A DNA stretch of 47,936 bases, counting the filler, from Catajapyx aquilonaris (Eukaryota), in NCBI GenBank assembly GCA_000934665.2. It is 2 parts of 2 records of this genome, joined end to end, with 100 filler letters (N's around TTAATTAATTAA, not from the genome) between each part and the next. Parts side by side here need not be neighbours in the genome. Positions count along the whole stretch, not along the records: positions 1 to 23,807 come from JYFJ02005626.1; 1 more part is not named here. One strand, 5' to 3'. Each line of letters begins with the position of its first letter. Position 1 is the stretch's first letter. This document shows positions 1 to 13,600 of this stretch, piece after piece. The position numbers and the translations under genes are program-made. The notes under the pieces are model-generated. The model saw only the letters and a list, made by a program, of their open reading frames with translations. It had not been told where the DNA came from and made no database searches.

Positions 1-340
1 CTAAAGCAGCAGCTGCAACTTCCTTCTTAACAATATCCCCACAACCATCATTACTTGATACAACATCCCCAATTAAGCTAACAGATACATCTACACTTTG
101 CCTTTGATTTATAATACTCCAATAAGTGTCGATACCAGTTCTCCTCAGGTAATTTAGTTGCTCTTGATTTTAGTTGAAATTTTTTTAACTGTGTCCCAGA
201 ATTCGCGCGAGTTGTAAGATCCAACAAGTTTTTGAAGTGTCCTTGAGTAGTACAACTTTTTTCTTGCTGATATAAGTTTTTTGTACGCTCTATTACTATC
301 CAAGTAAATTTTCTTATCGGCCTCATCGTTAGTGTTCGTA
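1..340 (-). pseudogene. Degraded non-LTR retrotransposon ORF2 fragment (linker between endonuclease and RT)
   Basis: Minus-strand YKKLISARKKLYY...NSREFWDTVKK...WYRH resembles the K-rich 'NSKEFW' region preceding LINE RT domains; frameshifted. Confidence 0.4.
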
Positions 341-1673
341 ATTAGTAATAAGGGCCGAATAAAATTGATTTCCATCCAAAATAAAAAATATTCAGAATAC
401 CTCCAAATACCATGTTACAGTTGGCAGGTGTGAAAATAGCGATTGCGCACAAAAACATCCAGCCGGTAATAGGCCCATATTAAATCGAGTTTAAAACGCA
501 GATTCGAATGGAATGCAAAGGATTGAACAGCATTTACTGCTGCATCGGCTGCATATGTTTCCCTGATTTTAGAACTTCTTATTAACTTTCCCATTCTAGA
601 CTCTCAGTTGACTAGAGAGTAGGTTCATATCCACCTTAACCGTCACTACACCACCTGCCCTCCTTCACTGCTTGTTCCCTCTTCCTCGGTTACTAGACTT
701 TTTGCTTCGTGGTAATTTAGTCACCATCCAAGAGATGACAGGAGTATATTGAACCGAATTAGGAACCGCAAAGCTCGAATTCTCTGTACAGCTTTGAGTG
801 CGCCAAATTCAAACATCTTCAGTTCCTCATATGATGCTCGTCGCCCTCAAGAGGTTAAATAGTTGGGTGTGATTATTTTGGTTTGAGTGAAAAAATCTGT
901 CACTCGATGTCATTATTACTGCCGCAGCTTTTTGGCCGTGACAAGGTATTTCGCTTCTGAATCACCCTTGATATCCTCATGAGGTGTTCTTCCCCTCTTG
1001 GTCATCCTTTGGACAGATCTTCCATGAAATGAATGATTTTGCAATATTGTGTAGACAGGCTGAAATGGGTAATGTAATGGGAAGTGATCATTTTGGATAC
1101 ATTTTTACAGTAGACTCTGGATATAACAGACTTCAAGGGACCATGGGGGGAAATCTGCCATGATCGAGGTCTGATATAACCGAGAGTTTGTTACAGCCGA
1201 TAGTCCGGGCAGATTTGTTGAAAAAATCCATTTCGCTAATATTTTGTAGTAATTTTGCAGGAAGTTGCTAACATAATAAGAAGGTGAAAAATCAACTTGT
1301 CGCCTAATTTTCTCCCACATATTACAGCCGCCATCTTGGAAAAATGGCGGCATAAACCAGATTTACTGGTTTATCTCTTTAACCGTTCATTTTATGGAAA
1401 GATATTTCAGGTCTGAAACTCTCGCCCTCTTATCATGTGCCGTTATCGGATCCCACCTGACCAGGGAGGTTGCCCCTGCAATAAGTGAAAAATTGGTGAT
1501 CCCTGCAGACCAAACCTCCCAAACCACCAATTCAAATCTAGCCTTGCTCTTTGTGCTTGCGCAATCTACTTCTTCCCACACATTCTACAGTGCATATTGT
1601 GCCATTGACATGTGTCTGTTTCTCTTTCTTCCACAGATCTTTTCCACATAGAGTGCCACTGATTGGTTGAGCC

Positions 1674-4600
1674 ATGTCAGGCCCTTATGATGGAAATTGT
1701 TGTGTGACATTCGTGAAGCGTGAGCAGGTACCTACATCTGAAATCCGAGCCTGGATTCAGACAAGTGTGGACATTGCACAAAATGTACACCAATCCCTGC
1801 AGATCATTGGCCCCAAACTGGATCCCAGGACATCCTATGGTCTTGTCCTGCAGTTTGATGCTATCTACCTCGTTCGATGCGTGGATCTTGTCTGGTACCG
1901 CTGCGTAGTCCTCCCTGACGAACCCTTGCATCCGGGGCAGGCCAGGGTGAGGCTGATAGACTTTGGTACCGAAACTGAAGCCCCTCTGGTTAACATGCGC
2001 CCGTGGAAGGCACAACCCGGACTAGAACAAGGTCCTCTCTCATCTGAGCACTTTATTGCTGATCTTTATCCTCCTGTGGGGGATGTGTGGCTCGACCCAC
2101 ATTTCACAGCACTGCGAGATGCCCTAGAGGACGTACATTTTTGCTACAAGGTCGTAGGCCAACGTAAAGGTGTGCCTGTGTTTCAACTCTTCAGCAAGGA
2201 AAATGGGATGCCATTCAGTGAGGTTCTCCAGCAGGTGGGTCTGTGCTCTGCACGGCCACAGGACAAGCGTACTTACCAGGTCCTTGCCCTTGAGCCTGGG
2301 GAGTACCAGGTTTACGTGTCAGAAGCTGCCGAAGGACCCCACTTCTTCCATGTTCAGATGGCTGGTTCAGATGTGGCTCTGAATGTCATGGAAGCCAAAC
2401 TAGCTGGTTTGAATCTTGATCCACTGAGCCAAATTCCTCAACTGGGTTCTCCTGTCTTGGCACGCTACAGCCAGGATAATTTGCTTTACCGAGCCGAAGT
2501 AATTTCTGCTCCTGATGCACCCACCACTGTACGGTAAGTGAATACCCTGCATCAACTGTTGAAATTGTGCACTACTGGAATTAAACTTTTTTTTCTTAAT
2601 GGCGCCGGATACATTAGTAATTTTTCAGAATCGCGTTCCAAGCTAGGCCGAGTCACTGGTGCAGCGTTCTCTTTGCACCGCCGATGCAGGTGTCTCACTG
2701 GAGGTACGAACCTGAAATTTTCACAGAATGGTGAGGAAAGGCCAGTTGAGCCCCCGATGGAGTTTCGATTCATTAGAATAATAATTGCGAGATCTACAAG
2801 GGGAAGAGTATTTAAAGACGGCTCACGACAGCTCAGGATTCGAATTTGGAAAGTATCTTTAAGTTGTGCGATGGCAAAAGTTGACCTCTCTTACTCCTCA
2901 AAAGCATGATTAATTTGGGCTATTGGTGTTTTCTCAGCTATTAAAACGGTTTCACCACCTCACCTCATAAAATCGGCGTAGAGCTTTCGAACGTAGAACA
3001 GATGGTTCCCTGTCCAGGTTGCCGGGGAACCGGTTTGGGCTAAATGATTTAAAAAGCGCATGGGCAACAAGGAACCAACTGTTCTATTTCGGAAGTACTC
3101 CCTCAGATTTTACGAGGTGAGTTGGTGAAACCGTTTAATAGCTGTGCAAAAAACCAATAGCCCAAATTAATCGCACGTTGGAGGAGTAAGAGAGGACAAC
3201 TTTTGGCATCGCACAACTTCGAGATAATTTCCATATTCGAATCCGGAACGAAGATGTCGTGAGCCGTTTTTTAAACACGCTTCCCCTTGTAGATCTCGCA
3301 ATTATTATTCTAATGGATCGAAACTCCGTTGGGGGCTCAATTGACCCTTCCTCACCATTCTGTGAAAATTTCAAGTCCGTACCTCCAGCGAGACGCCTGC
3401 ATCGGTGGTGCGAAGAGAACGCTGCACCCGTGACTCTGCCAAACTTGGAAAGCGATTCTGAAAAATCATTTAGGTATCCGGATGGCGGATCCCTTAATAG
3501 TGTACATTGTAGCTTACACATTACTTTTGTTGTGTTGATATTGATATTGCAAACTATTTTCAAGTTTTGCTAGATTAGACTGATCAGCTTTGCCCTGGTA
3601 AATTATGGCTAGTCACTTTAAATTACATAATGTAACAGGGGTTGAATTTTAAAATTTTTGTCCAGATGCAAAGTTTGCATTCCAGACTTGAATCTGGAGT
3701 GCAAATCGCTTACTTGGAGTCCTTCATTTGTAATTATTACTGGGTATAGCCATGTTTAAAAGCAGAGCCTATTGGAGTGCAAACTTCACGACTCAGTTTG
3801 GAGTGACAATTTTGGATTGAAAATTGCACCTTTGCACCCGAATATGACCCCTGACCCCTGATGTAATGTCTGTTATTGTTAAATGCGGCGTCTCCAGTCT
3901 GGTGTTATTGTAATGTACGTTTGTGTTCTTAATGTGTTTTTGCAGATTTGTTGATTACGGCAACTCGGAGCAGGTCACTAGTCGCCAGCTGGGCTTCTGT
4001 CCTGACAACTTCTTGGTGCCAGAGCCCCTGGCAATCCCCTGCAGCCTGAGGGGTGCCCATGGGATTGTGGCGAGTCATTTTGCGGAGATCACTGCTGACA
4101 TTGAGCTGAAGATACACATTGTGCAGCACACTGATGGTGTTTATTATGTGTCCTTGTACCTCCCTGATGGACAAAGTATTTTGGACATTTTGAGGTCAGG
4201 TGGACACGTTGGCAACATTTCAGCGGGCTACCCAGAGCACGAGCAACTGACGACAGGGGACAGCGTGAGAGCCGTGTGCGTCCTCATTGAAGAAAACCAC
4301 ATCTGGATGCAGCTGCTGCGGGACTTGCATCGTCTCGAGAGGCTCATGCGGAGGGTCCAGCACTGTGGCGCTGCTGCACTAGGAAACACCTTGAGCCCTA
4401 ATCTGATGTTTCCTGGAACAGCATGTCTTGCTCGCTCCTCAAATGATCGTGCCTGGTACCGTGCCGAGATTTTGTCAGACCCTACGGCGACGTCAGTACA
4501 AGTCATGATGGTGGATTATGGATTCAAGGAAGAGGTATCCATTGCTGAAGTACTACCGAAGATGGATGATAATACTCCCAAGACGGCCATACTGATAGAG

Positions 4601-7600
4601 CTGGATGCCATTGGAATGATTCCAGGCCAATGGGCTCCTAAGCTGATTGAGAAGAAATTGGCCATAAATGTGCTGGAAGTGTCACACTGCAAATATGTGT
4701 CGAATCTGATTCTGGAGGGAAATAAGTGTCTCAATGAGGCACTTGTCCTTGCTGAGTTTCAGAGCCACCCAGTCCCCTCGGTGCCAGAGCTTCAAAGCAC
4801 GGAGGAGATGTTTGTTGCCCAGGTCGACTTACCACCTTACATGTATGCCCAACCCGTCAGGTTTATGGCCACAGAGTTACCAGCATTAGACAAAGCTGTG
4901 AATGAGATGTACAAAAAGCTAGCAAAGCACCCACGATTCCTGTACCCAGCAGATGCCCTCATTGCTGGTAAACTCCCAGAGTCACGCGTTGGGGAAGCGT
5001 GTGTGGTTTATGATTCTGCAAATGGAAACTACTTGAGAGGAAAGGTAAGTTATCAATCCACCAGGTACATGGCTTACATAGCACCGACGTCAGTAGATTC
5101 AGGCTTCTTCAAACTGTGCAACACGTGTAAAAAAAAATGTGTTACAGTGAGTCCAGTATTGACATATTAAGGCCCATTCACGCAGGCCGTCAACAGTTTT
5201 GGTTTTTGGTCGCGTTGACGTTGCGGACCAATCAAGACTCATGTACACAAGCTGTAAACAATGGGTTGCGCTTGTTTACATGAGTCATGATTGGTCCGTG
5301 TCGTCAACGCGACCACAAACCGAAATACTCCTTCACAGGGAGGCTCACTACTTTTCAAGCAATAATTACACATACACCCTTCTTCGAGGGAGGGGTTCAT
5401 GTCCAGAATTAAATATTTTAATTTGAAACTAGTTACTAATACAGCACAATTGATGCATGCCTGTAAGGGCCATCCCTAGAGTATGCTGATCCCACAAACA
5501 ACATTCTAATAAATCAATTTGTAAGATATTGTTTTGGACTGTGGCCGTTGTTCATTGGGTCATTCAATTGCATTGCTGTAAGATATTCTGTTTTTCTTCA
5601 ATGGTCCTCTTTTTACTGGATTGTAGGTATTAAGTGAATGCCTGTCAACCCAGAGTATCCGTGTCCGCCTGGTGGACTACGGACGTGTTTTGCAAGTAGG
5701 CCGTGAGATGGTGTTTTGCATGGAGGCTCGCTTCATGAGACACAATACGTTGGGTGTCCGCTGCAAGGTGAAGAACCTCCCCTGCGGCATGTCTGAGCCA
5801 ACCTTCAAGAGTGTAATGACCAATGCCAGCATGGCCTTCCAAGTGTTGGGGGTAGAAGAAGAGGGAGATGCTCGGGAGATGGTAGTGAGCGTGACCATTC
5901 CCAACACAGACCCTGGAAGGAAGGTGATGGCCAATTTGCAACCAGCTGCCAATCCTGTTAGGTCAAGACCAGAAAGCGTCTCGGATTCCTCCTCCAGGCC
6001 TGCCAGTCGGGCAGACTCGTTCAAGACTGGCTTGCAACAAGATAACAACAACAACCGGGAAGCAAGTTACTTTCCGAAGCCAACGACCAGCTTTACTCCA
6101 TGTCCAGTGACCCCTGGTCATTCTGAGATTGTGTACGTGAGCTGGTATGACTCCCCATCGTCCTTCCACGTGCAATTTGGTAGCACTACAATTGATGACC
6201 TGACGGCAACCCTCCAAGCCACGTATGGGTCAATGGAGCCTTCAGAGAACAATGAGAGTCGGCCTCCTGTGGGGACACCCGTGGTGGCCAAATTCAGAGA
6301 TGATGAACAGTGGTACAGGGCTGTGATAACTGAAGCAGCAACCAGGCAGAATGGATGCCAGGTAGGAGGAATCATGGCGGTTAATTTCAGTTGTGAGAAA
6401 GCAGCAATTAACACGAGTGAACTGTGCCCTTTCCTCAGGTCAAGTTTATCGACTTTGGCAACACAGCAACATGCACCAACCCTACGGATGTGAAGCGAGT
6501 GGGTCCTGACTTTCTGAAGCTACCCATGCAGGCCATAGAGTGCAGGGTGCGAGGCATATTACCCAAAAAGGAGACGGGCTGGGCGCAGCCTGATCTTAAG
6601 AGGGCAGAAGCACTTCTTGACCCAAGCAAGGCTCTGAAGTAAGTTGAAATGTTTTTGGAAGGGTGGCGAGTGTCATGTGGGACAGGATCGACTGCCCTAT
6701 TCTCCTGACAGTTGACTTATCAAATTAAACACTTGTTGATTAGTTTACCAGTGAATGTGACACTAAGGTGGTTCAGGTGAATAAGTTGCCCAGCCATTTC
6801 AGAGTGTTGTCCCAATGATAGGCTGCTGTCTACTACCAATCTCACTCTTGCTGACCCCTCTGCTTCTCCCAATTCAGTACATAACGTGCACTCACAATCG
6901 TAAATTTGGCTGGGTGTTGTGCTGAACGTTATAACTAGAGCCACTCAGAACTTAAAAACCTTTCTTTACAGTGTTACATGGTTACTACTGGGTCGTACAG
7001 GTTCGTTACGTACATTTACGTCATTGGTGAATTTGGTTGTTGTTGTTGTTGGCTATTGGTGAAGCATGATCTGCCTCTGTAGTGGCTTGCTTGTCTGATG
7101 CTTAATGGGGAGCTAGCACTGCTACACGTGGCAGTAAAAGGGGTGTGGTAATTATTCTCAGAGCTGGTTTACAGGTGCTTAATTACCCATAGTTTTTCAC
7201 TTCACCGCTGCTGATTGAGTATTATTTGCTAGTTAGCAGGATGTAAAAAAAATTAAAAAAAATCAATTTTGCCACAGCTGAAAATCGTTTTCACTAAAAA
7301 ATTATATTGAGTTTGGTCAAGTGACTGCCAATAGTTTCTTTAAAAGCTCCTTGAAAATTCAGGCCCATCCTTCTACAGTGCGTCGATGTAACCTCAATAG
7401 AAGTGATTGATGCTCTTGCGCTGTAACAGTGAATCTCTTTTGTTGGTGTCAACATATAAGGTACACATGAACTGGAAGATGGTGCCTATCCGTTTCATAA
7501 AGTACTGGAAAGATCAACTTTCTTGCTCGTGTTTGTCATATGGCATTGAAACTGTAGCACCGCGAAACTTATTTTTTGACTGACCCTCGTGTATCTCTTG

Positions 7601-10600
7601 TGTAATCCATTTCATACTTTCCTTCCTGCCTGCCGTGAGTTGGGAGTTAGACACATGCACGGCGAGCATGATATTGAACACGAAAATTGTTAGAAAGTAA
7701 AGGATAATTGCACGTGGAGCAAATGCTGAGGCTAGTTGAGAAAGCATTTGTCCCGCCCCCTTCTTTGATGGTGTTGTGATATGCTTCTTCATTACTGTCT
7801 AATCCTAATGCTTCCTAATCATTGCTGTTGTGTGCCTACTAATTGGTTCCCCCTTTTGCATCTGAATCAGGTGTGTATTTGTGGAGAAAGCTGAAGAAGT
7901 GTGGCTGGTGGACCTCCTGTCCCCAACTGGAGAGAAGAGCCTAGCAAACTCCCTGGTTGAAGAAGGACTAGCCCAAGTGCACTCCTTCCCCGAACACAAC
8001 CTGAGGAGTCTGATAGGGAAAGACCTGGAGGCCTACGTCACCTATGTTCAGGAAGAAGATGGGTCCTTCTTCATCCAGTTTGACCAAGCTGCAGTGGATA
8101 ATCTCCTGGAAGCGCTTGCAGCTGTACAGGTGAGGTTATTCTCCTCTCTGTCATTAGTCGTGATTACACATTTTCCACCTGCAAAGAGGAAATAGCCAGA
8201 AAGTGGAGATTATTTTAAAAGTTCAATGAGGTGTCACTTTTTATAGTTTTGTTATTTTACGCATGATTGCAAGGGTGACGTTAGATGCAGTGTCTGAACG
8301 GATGATGTGGCACAGTCAATTGGGGGTCATGACCATCTCTTTTATCTTTTCAGCCTGTGAAAACTGGTGCCAGCCTAATTCCTGGCAACACTGGCATCAG
8401 CTTGTATATGGATGCATGGTCCAGGGTCAGGGTCACTGAAGCCCCCAATGGGAAGAAGTCTGTCACCGTCATTTACGTAGATTATGGCAACTCTGAGGTG
8501 GTCAAAATGGAGCGAGTGGCTGCTGTGCCCTCCCAGTTGATGGATATTCCAGCCCAGGCCATTCGCTGCTGCCTGGAAGGTGGTCGCATTGACAAGGCAT
8601 CTGAAATGCTGTTGGACAAAGCCTTCACTGCTACAGTACTAGATGTGAAGGATGGCCAGACAGTGACAGTTCGCCTGGTAGATGAAGCGGGAACTGTGGT
8701 GGGTGGAGCAAAGGAAGCTCTAGCTGAGGCCATACCTGAGTTTGAGGCTGTGAGTGGGACGTCCGCACAAGGATGGGCTGTGCACATCGAGTCACCTGCG
8801 TCCTTCCACATTCAGACCGAAGAGTCTGCTAAAGGATTGGAGGAGTTTTCTGCGTCTGTTGATGGGCATTATGCTGAGGCTGAACTAGTGCAAGTGGAGC
8901 CTGTTGCTGGGGCCCTCTGTGTTGCCCAAAACCCAGATGACTCCCTGCACTACCGTGCTGTGTTCCTAGAAGATGGCATCCAGGACGGGACTGCATTAGT
9001 CACTTTTGTTGACTTTGGTGATTCAGCTCGAGTCACTCGCTGGGGAGGGCTGGCACCAGAGTTTGCCACCAGGGCCAAGTCTTCTGCGCACTGCCGCCTG
9101 CGTTGGATAACTTCACCTGGCGAATGGAGCCCTGAAGCGAAGGCTGGGGTAACTGAAGCTCTCATGGCCGAAGAACCTGCCCATATCCATTTTGGACGTC
9201 AGGTGGGAACATTTACCATTGAATACTCAAGGAAAATTTGAGGAGTATAGTGGTGATATTTACAAGGAGCATGATCAGATTTGTGTTGAAATATTTCAGA
9301 TAATGGCAGAGCTTAGCTCAAAACCTAAAGTAACAGTAATAGAGTGAAAGCCTATTTATAGGTGGTGTCATTTTTTAGTGGATTTTCTGGTGTTTTGGCT
9401 GTGTGCAGATTGATAGCCACACATCACTGTATAAATTGGATGTTGATGTCATGAGCTTTGAGTCGTTGCAGTAGTTGCATTGGCCTTTGTTACCATAGGG
9501 ATGCATGTAGCCAAGTTAGATTTTATACCAGGCTTCATTTATGCAGCAAGTGGACTTGATTGCATTTTTCGATCTCCAGGTGGACGGTGTTTGGAAAGTG
9601 GATGTGACCTTCCCTGATGGCCTTGACCTTGGGAGCACACTTGTGGAGCAGGGACTGGCAGCGGAAATTCCGAAGCCATCTGTCCCAGAGTTTGTTGTAC
9701 CTGAAGGCATCTTTTCCATTTACTTGGTCCATGTGGATAGCCCAAATGGAATCTGGATACACCTGACAAGTAAGGCAGATGAGCTGGCAGCCCAGAGTGA
9801 GCAGCTGCTCACCCACTACTCGGCATGTGGGGAATCGGAAGAGTTGGATCTGCGTGTTGGCAGCTGCGTGGCTGCCCTTCGTGCCTCTGACCAAGTGTGG
9901 TACAGGGCACGTGTGCTGGAGGTGACCCAGGAGGCCATCAAGATCCACTTCCTGGATTACGGTGACTCGGAAGGGGTTGAGTTAGGGTCACTCCGGGTTC
10001 TAGAGAAGCAATTCTTGGAAGTGCCAGCTTTTGCCATGGAGGCTGACTTAGGCTTGACATCGCCTGGTGATGCCCCCTGGTCTGCTGAAATCGTGGATAA
10101 GATCTGGGAAATCGCAGGAAGTGAGGAGGCCGCAGAGGTTATGGCGGAGGTGCTGCAAGGGCGTGTGGTTCGCATCAGTGTCAGTGGTGAGGACTTGGCA
10201 GCCAAGCTTGTGGCAGAAGGATTGGCCGAAGCTGCGGCCGAAGCAGGGGAAGTGGCAACAACCGTGGAGGGAGGCAAAGTCCCTGAAGTCACGGAGGAGG
10301 ACGCCGATCTGGCTGCTTTGCCAGCTCCCGCCGTGGGCGATCACTTTGAAGCGTACATCTCTAAGATTGAGAGTCCAGCCCTTTTCTGGATTCAGCCAAA
10401 GGCCAATGAGGACAAGGTATTTCCGTTGCATTGGAGAGTTTCTCCATAATTTCCTGCTTAAAACTTTCCAGCAACTGTGCAAAATACACTGAAAATTGTT
10501 CTTACCATATCATTGGAACTTGTCAGCCCCTAGTTATCCATGGCATTAGGTTTCCTCTATAATACACGTTTAAACATACCTACGATAAGTTGAATGAAAA

Positions 10601-13600
10601 CTAACTTGTAAGTGCAGATATTTTTTTTGTGAAACTGTCTGACTGCTCTATAGGCAGGTTTCACTGCAATTGTTCTCATAATTCTTTTATCTGGCATTAA
10701 TAATAATGGATACCCCGTGATAGGCCTCTGTAGGCCTCTTTATAGGGGATCATCTTTTCATGTATTGTCTTTAATCATTGCCTGCGCTGTGATGGATTTT
10801 GATTGTGGGAAGAAACGGAAGAACCCCGAGAAAACCCATGCGAACACAGAGAGAACCAATCTAAACTCGATGCACATATGTATCCTCTGTCCGATCCGGG
10901 TATCGAACTCAGGACCTCAGAGGTAGAAGGCTGCGGCACTAACCACTCCGCCATCGTGTCGCCCGTATCTGGCATCAATGTTAACAATGCAAAATTGTAG
11001 CTCCACATTTTAAGTAATAATTGCATGATATAGTCCTGTGATAGGGCCTATCTGGAGTTTTCTAATGTGGTTTCAAGTGGATCTTTGCATGTTTGTGTGG
11101 GTGTTTCAATGGTTCGGTAATTTCCTCCCAGAGACCAAAAACCTCTTCCTCTCTCACCCACCCCCTATGCCTGTGCCTATATGATTGCACAAATTGTTAA
11201 AATCTTGTCCTGCAATGTGCATTTAATAATGCTTTTTCAACTAATGCAGGTGTACCAAGTGGATGCAGCCATGGAAGCCCAGTACATGAACGAGCAGGAG
11301 GAGGGCGAGGGGCCTGGGAAGGAAGAGGTTGCTCCTGGGAGCATCTGGGCTGCCAAGATGGAAGACGGCAACTGGCGCAGGGTGAAGGTGGTGTCATCCA
11401 CTCCTGAGGGCGTGGAGGTGATGGCTTGTGACTGGGGAGGTCAGGAGGTTGTTGGCACCACCCTGCTGCGACCCCTGCATCCTTCCGTGGATTTGGATGC
11501 CATGCCTCAACTGGCCATTGCCGTTCAGTTTTCACTGATGCCACCCACTGGCTGCGCCTGGCTAGAGGATTCGGAAGCAAAGAAGTATCTTGAGAGCATC
11601 ACTGAGTTTGGGGAAGCCCTTGTCGACATTGAGGTCATTGCTGTCGAAGAGGTAATGGTGGTGGGAGCCAAGGTCGGTGACGTTGACCTCATGCAGTCCC
11701 TGCTGGAGTTGGGGCTGGCAGTAGGCAAGGCAGCAACGGATGCCGGACCGGAGCTGTTGGAAGTGGCTGCCATTGACACAGCCCCTGAACCCATCTTGAC
11801 TGAGGAGTTGGATGCAGCCAAAGGACTTTCCGTGCCAGACGGTTCAGAAGCATCTGCAACCACCTTGGCTGAGGAATCAGAAGTGGCTGGGATGGACATG
11901 GCAGGAACGACCTTGCCAGAGGAGTCCATGACTGCCGCAGCTGCAGGACCGGAAGCTGCAGTGATTGACATTGCAGCTGGAACTCCTCTCCCTGAGGGGC
12001 CAGAAGATCTTGCAGAAGGCGTCCTAGAAGTGGTGTTGGATCGTGTGACTGGGCATGTCACGACAACTGATGCAGCAGAAGTTGAGGAGGAGGTGAATGA
12101 CGCTGGATCTGAGGCGACACCTGCTTCTGACATTGAAGCTGAGCTTGACGATGTTGAGTTTTCATCTGATCCTGAGGAAGACCCAATAGACATTGCCCTA
12201 GGAATGGAGGAGACTCCTAATGCGGAAGTGGAAATGTCAGCAGGTGCTGAAGGGGATGACACTCTTGAAGGTGAGATGATATGGGATTTAATCATAATTG
12301 GGCTTCAAATAAAGTGCTGCTATCTCAGCTTCTGGCATTCAGAATGGAATTGAATGCATTTTACTATTTGTCATGCATTTAAAAGTAAGCGTTTATTCTG
12401 AAGCGAATGGGCCCCAACTCTGAATCTAACAAGTGCGCAATCCGACTTTAGATTATATCATTAGTGACACTACTAGGTATATGTACTGTACATGTCAATT
12501 GAAAGGTAACTGTTTGTGTCTCTGATTGCAGTTATTCCTGAGGGAGTTGAAGATGATGTCAGTGAAGGGCTCGGCCATAAGGTGGCGGAGTTCAATCCAG
12601 AAGAAGCGTCACCTGCAGCTGAGGGGTTGCCAGAACTTCAGGATTCAACAAAGACAACCAACCAGATACCAACCATTGTCATTACCGAAGCAGAGGCATT
12701 TGAGGTCATAAAACCTTGTCTGTCAGGAGCAGCTGCTGAAGAGCCAGAGGTAGCAGAGGCAGCTGAGGAGACTCCTGAGGTGTTGGAGACAGTGGGAGCT
12801 TCTGCTGCATCCGGAGCTGCTGTTGAAGTTCCCGCCGCTGCTTTTGAGGAGATCAACACGTCACACGACACAATTGAATCAGGCTGCAGCATTGGGCAGA
12901 AGGCAGAGTCCTGCGCAGATGATGAGGAATCAACCAAAGGAGGGAGTGCAGCCATGGAGAGCTCTGACAGTTTCTATTCTGTCAAAAGTGGAGTCAGTGA
13001 CGAAGCCGAGAATGAAGAGGAAGATGGCACAATTCTTGAGGAGGAGGAAATTGACTTCTCCCTCTGTGAGCAGTCCTCCCGCACTCCTTCTCCTGCCATC
13101 AATGAGACTAAGCCTGAGACATCCTCAACTGACAAGCACGAGTCGTCCAGCGAGACTGTTGTGTTGGATGCTGTTGCTCACATCCTGGATGGAGTGTCTG
13201 CGATCTCTTCCAAGGAAGAAGCTGACCTTGAGGCTCCCTCTGACGACGAGAAGATGCCAGGCCAAGCATCCCAACCTGGCAAGGAGGAGCCTGAATGGCG
13301 GCAGTCTCGCAAGAGGAGCCAAGATGGGCTTCCATGCATCGTTGGAGAGTCGCTGGTGGGGTTGCCCCTGAACTTGGCAGGCACAGATGAAGAGGATGGG
13401 ACTGATCCTGAGGAAGACGGGGACAAGGAAGGTCCTCCGTCAAAGACGCCCAAGTTAATTGTGGGCATCGGGGAGGCCATGGCGGTGCCTCTTCCACCCT
13501 CTCCCTTGTCCTCGGATGAAGACGAGAATGAATCAGCAGGAGACGGGAGTGGGGACGCCCCCTTGGTCAAGGAAGGGGTGAGGCTTACTAACACTGCACA

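Noticed and set aside
1108..1200. Tc1/mariner-like TIR start CAGTAGACTCTGGATATAAC
   Set aside because: Only one end found; the element cannot be delimited.
2538..3573. Pairs of similar ORFs on opposite strands resembling duplicated small genes
   Set aside because: Produced by the two arms of the foldback MITE inside an intron; the same applies to 19003-19583.
10895..10965. Possible tRNA gene
   Set aside because: A/B boxes present but no convincing acceptor stem, and it continues into a SINE core.
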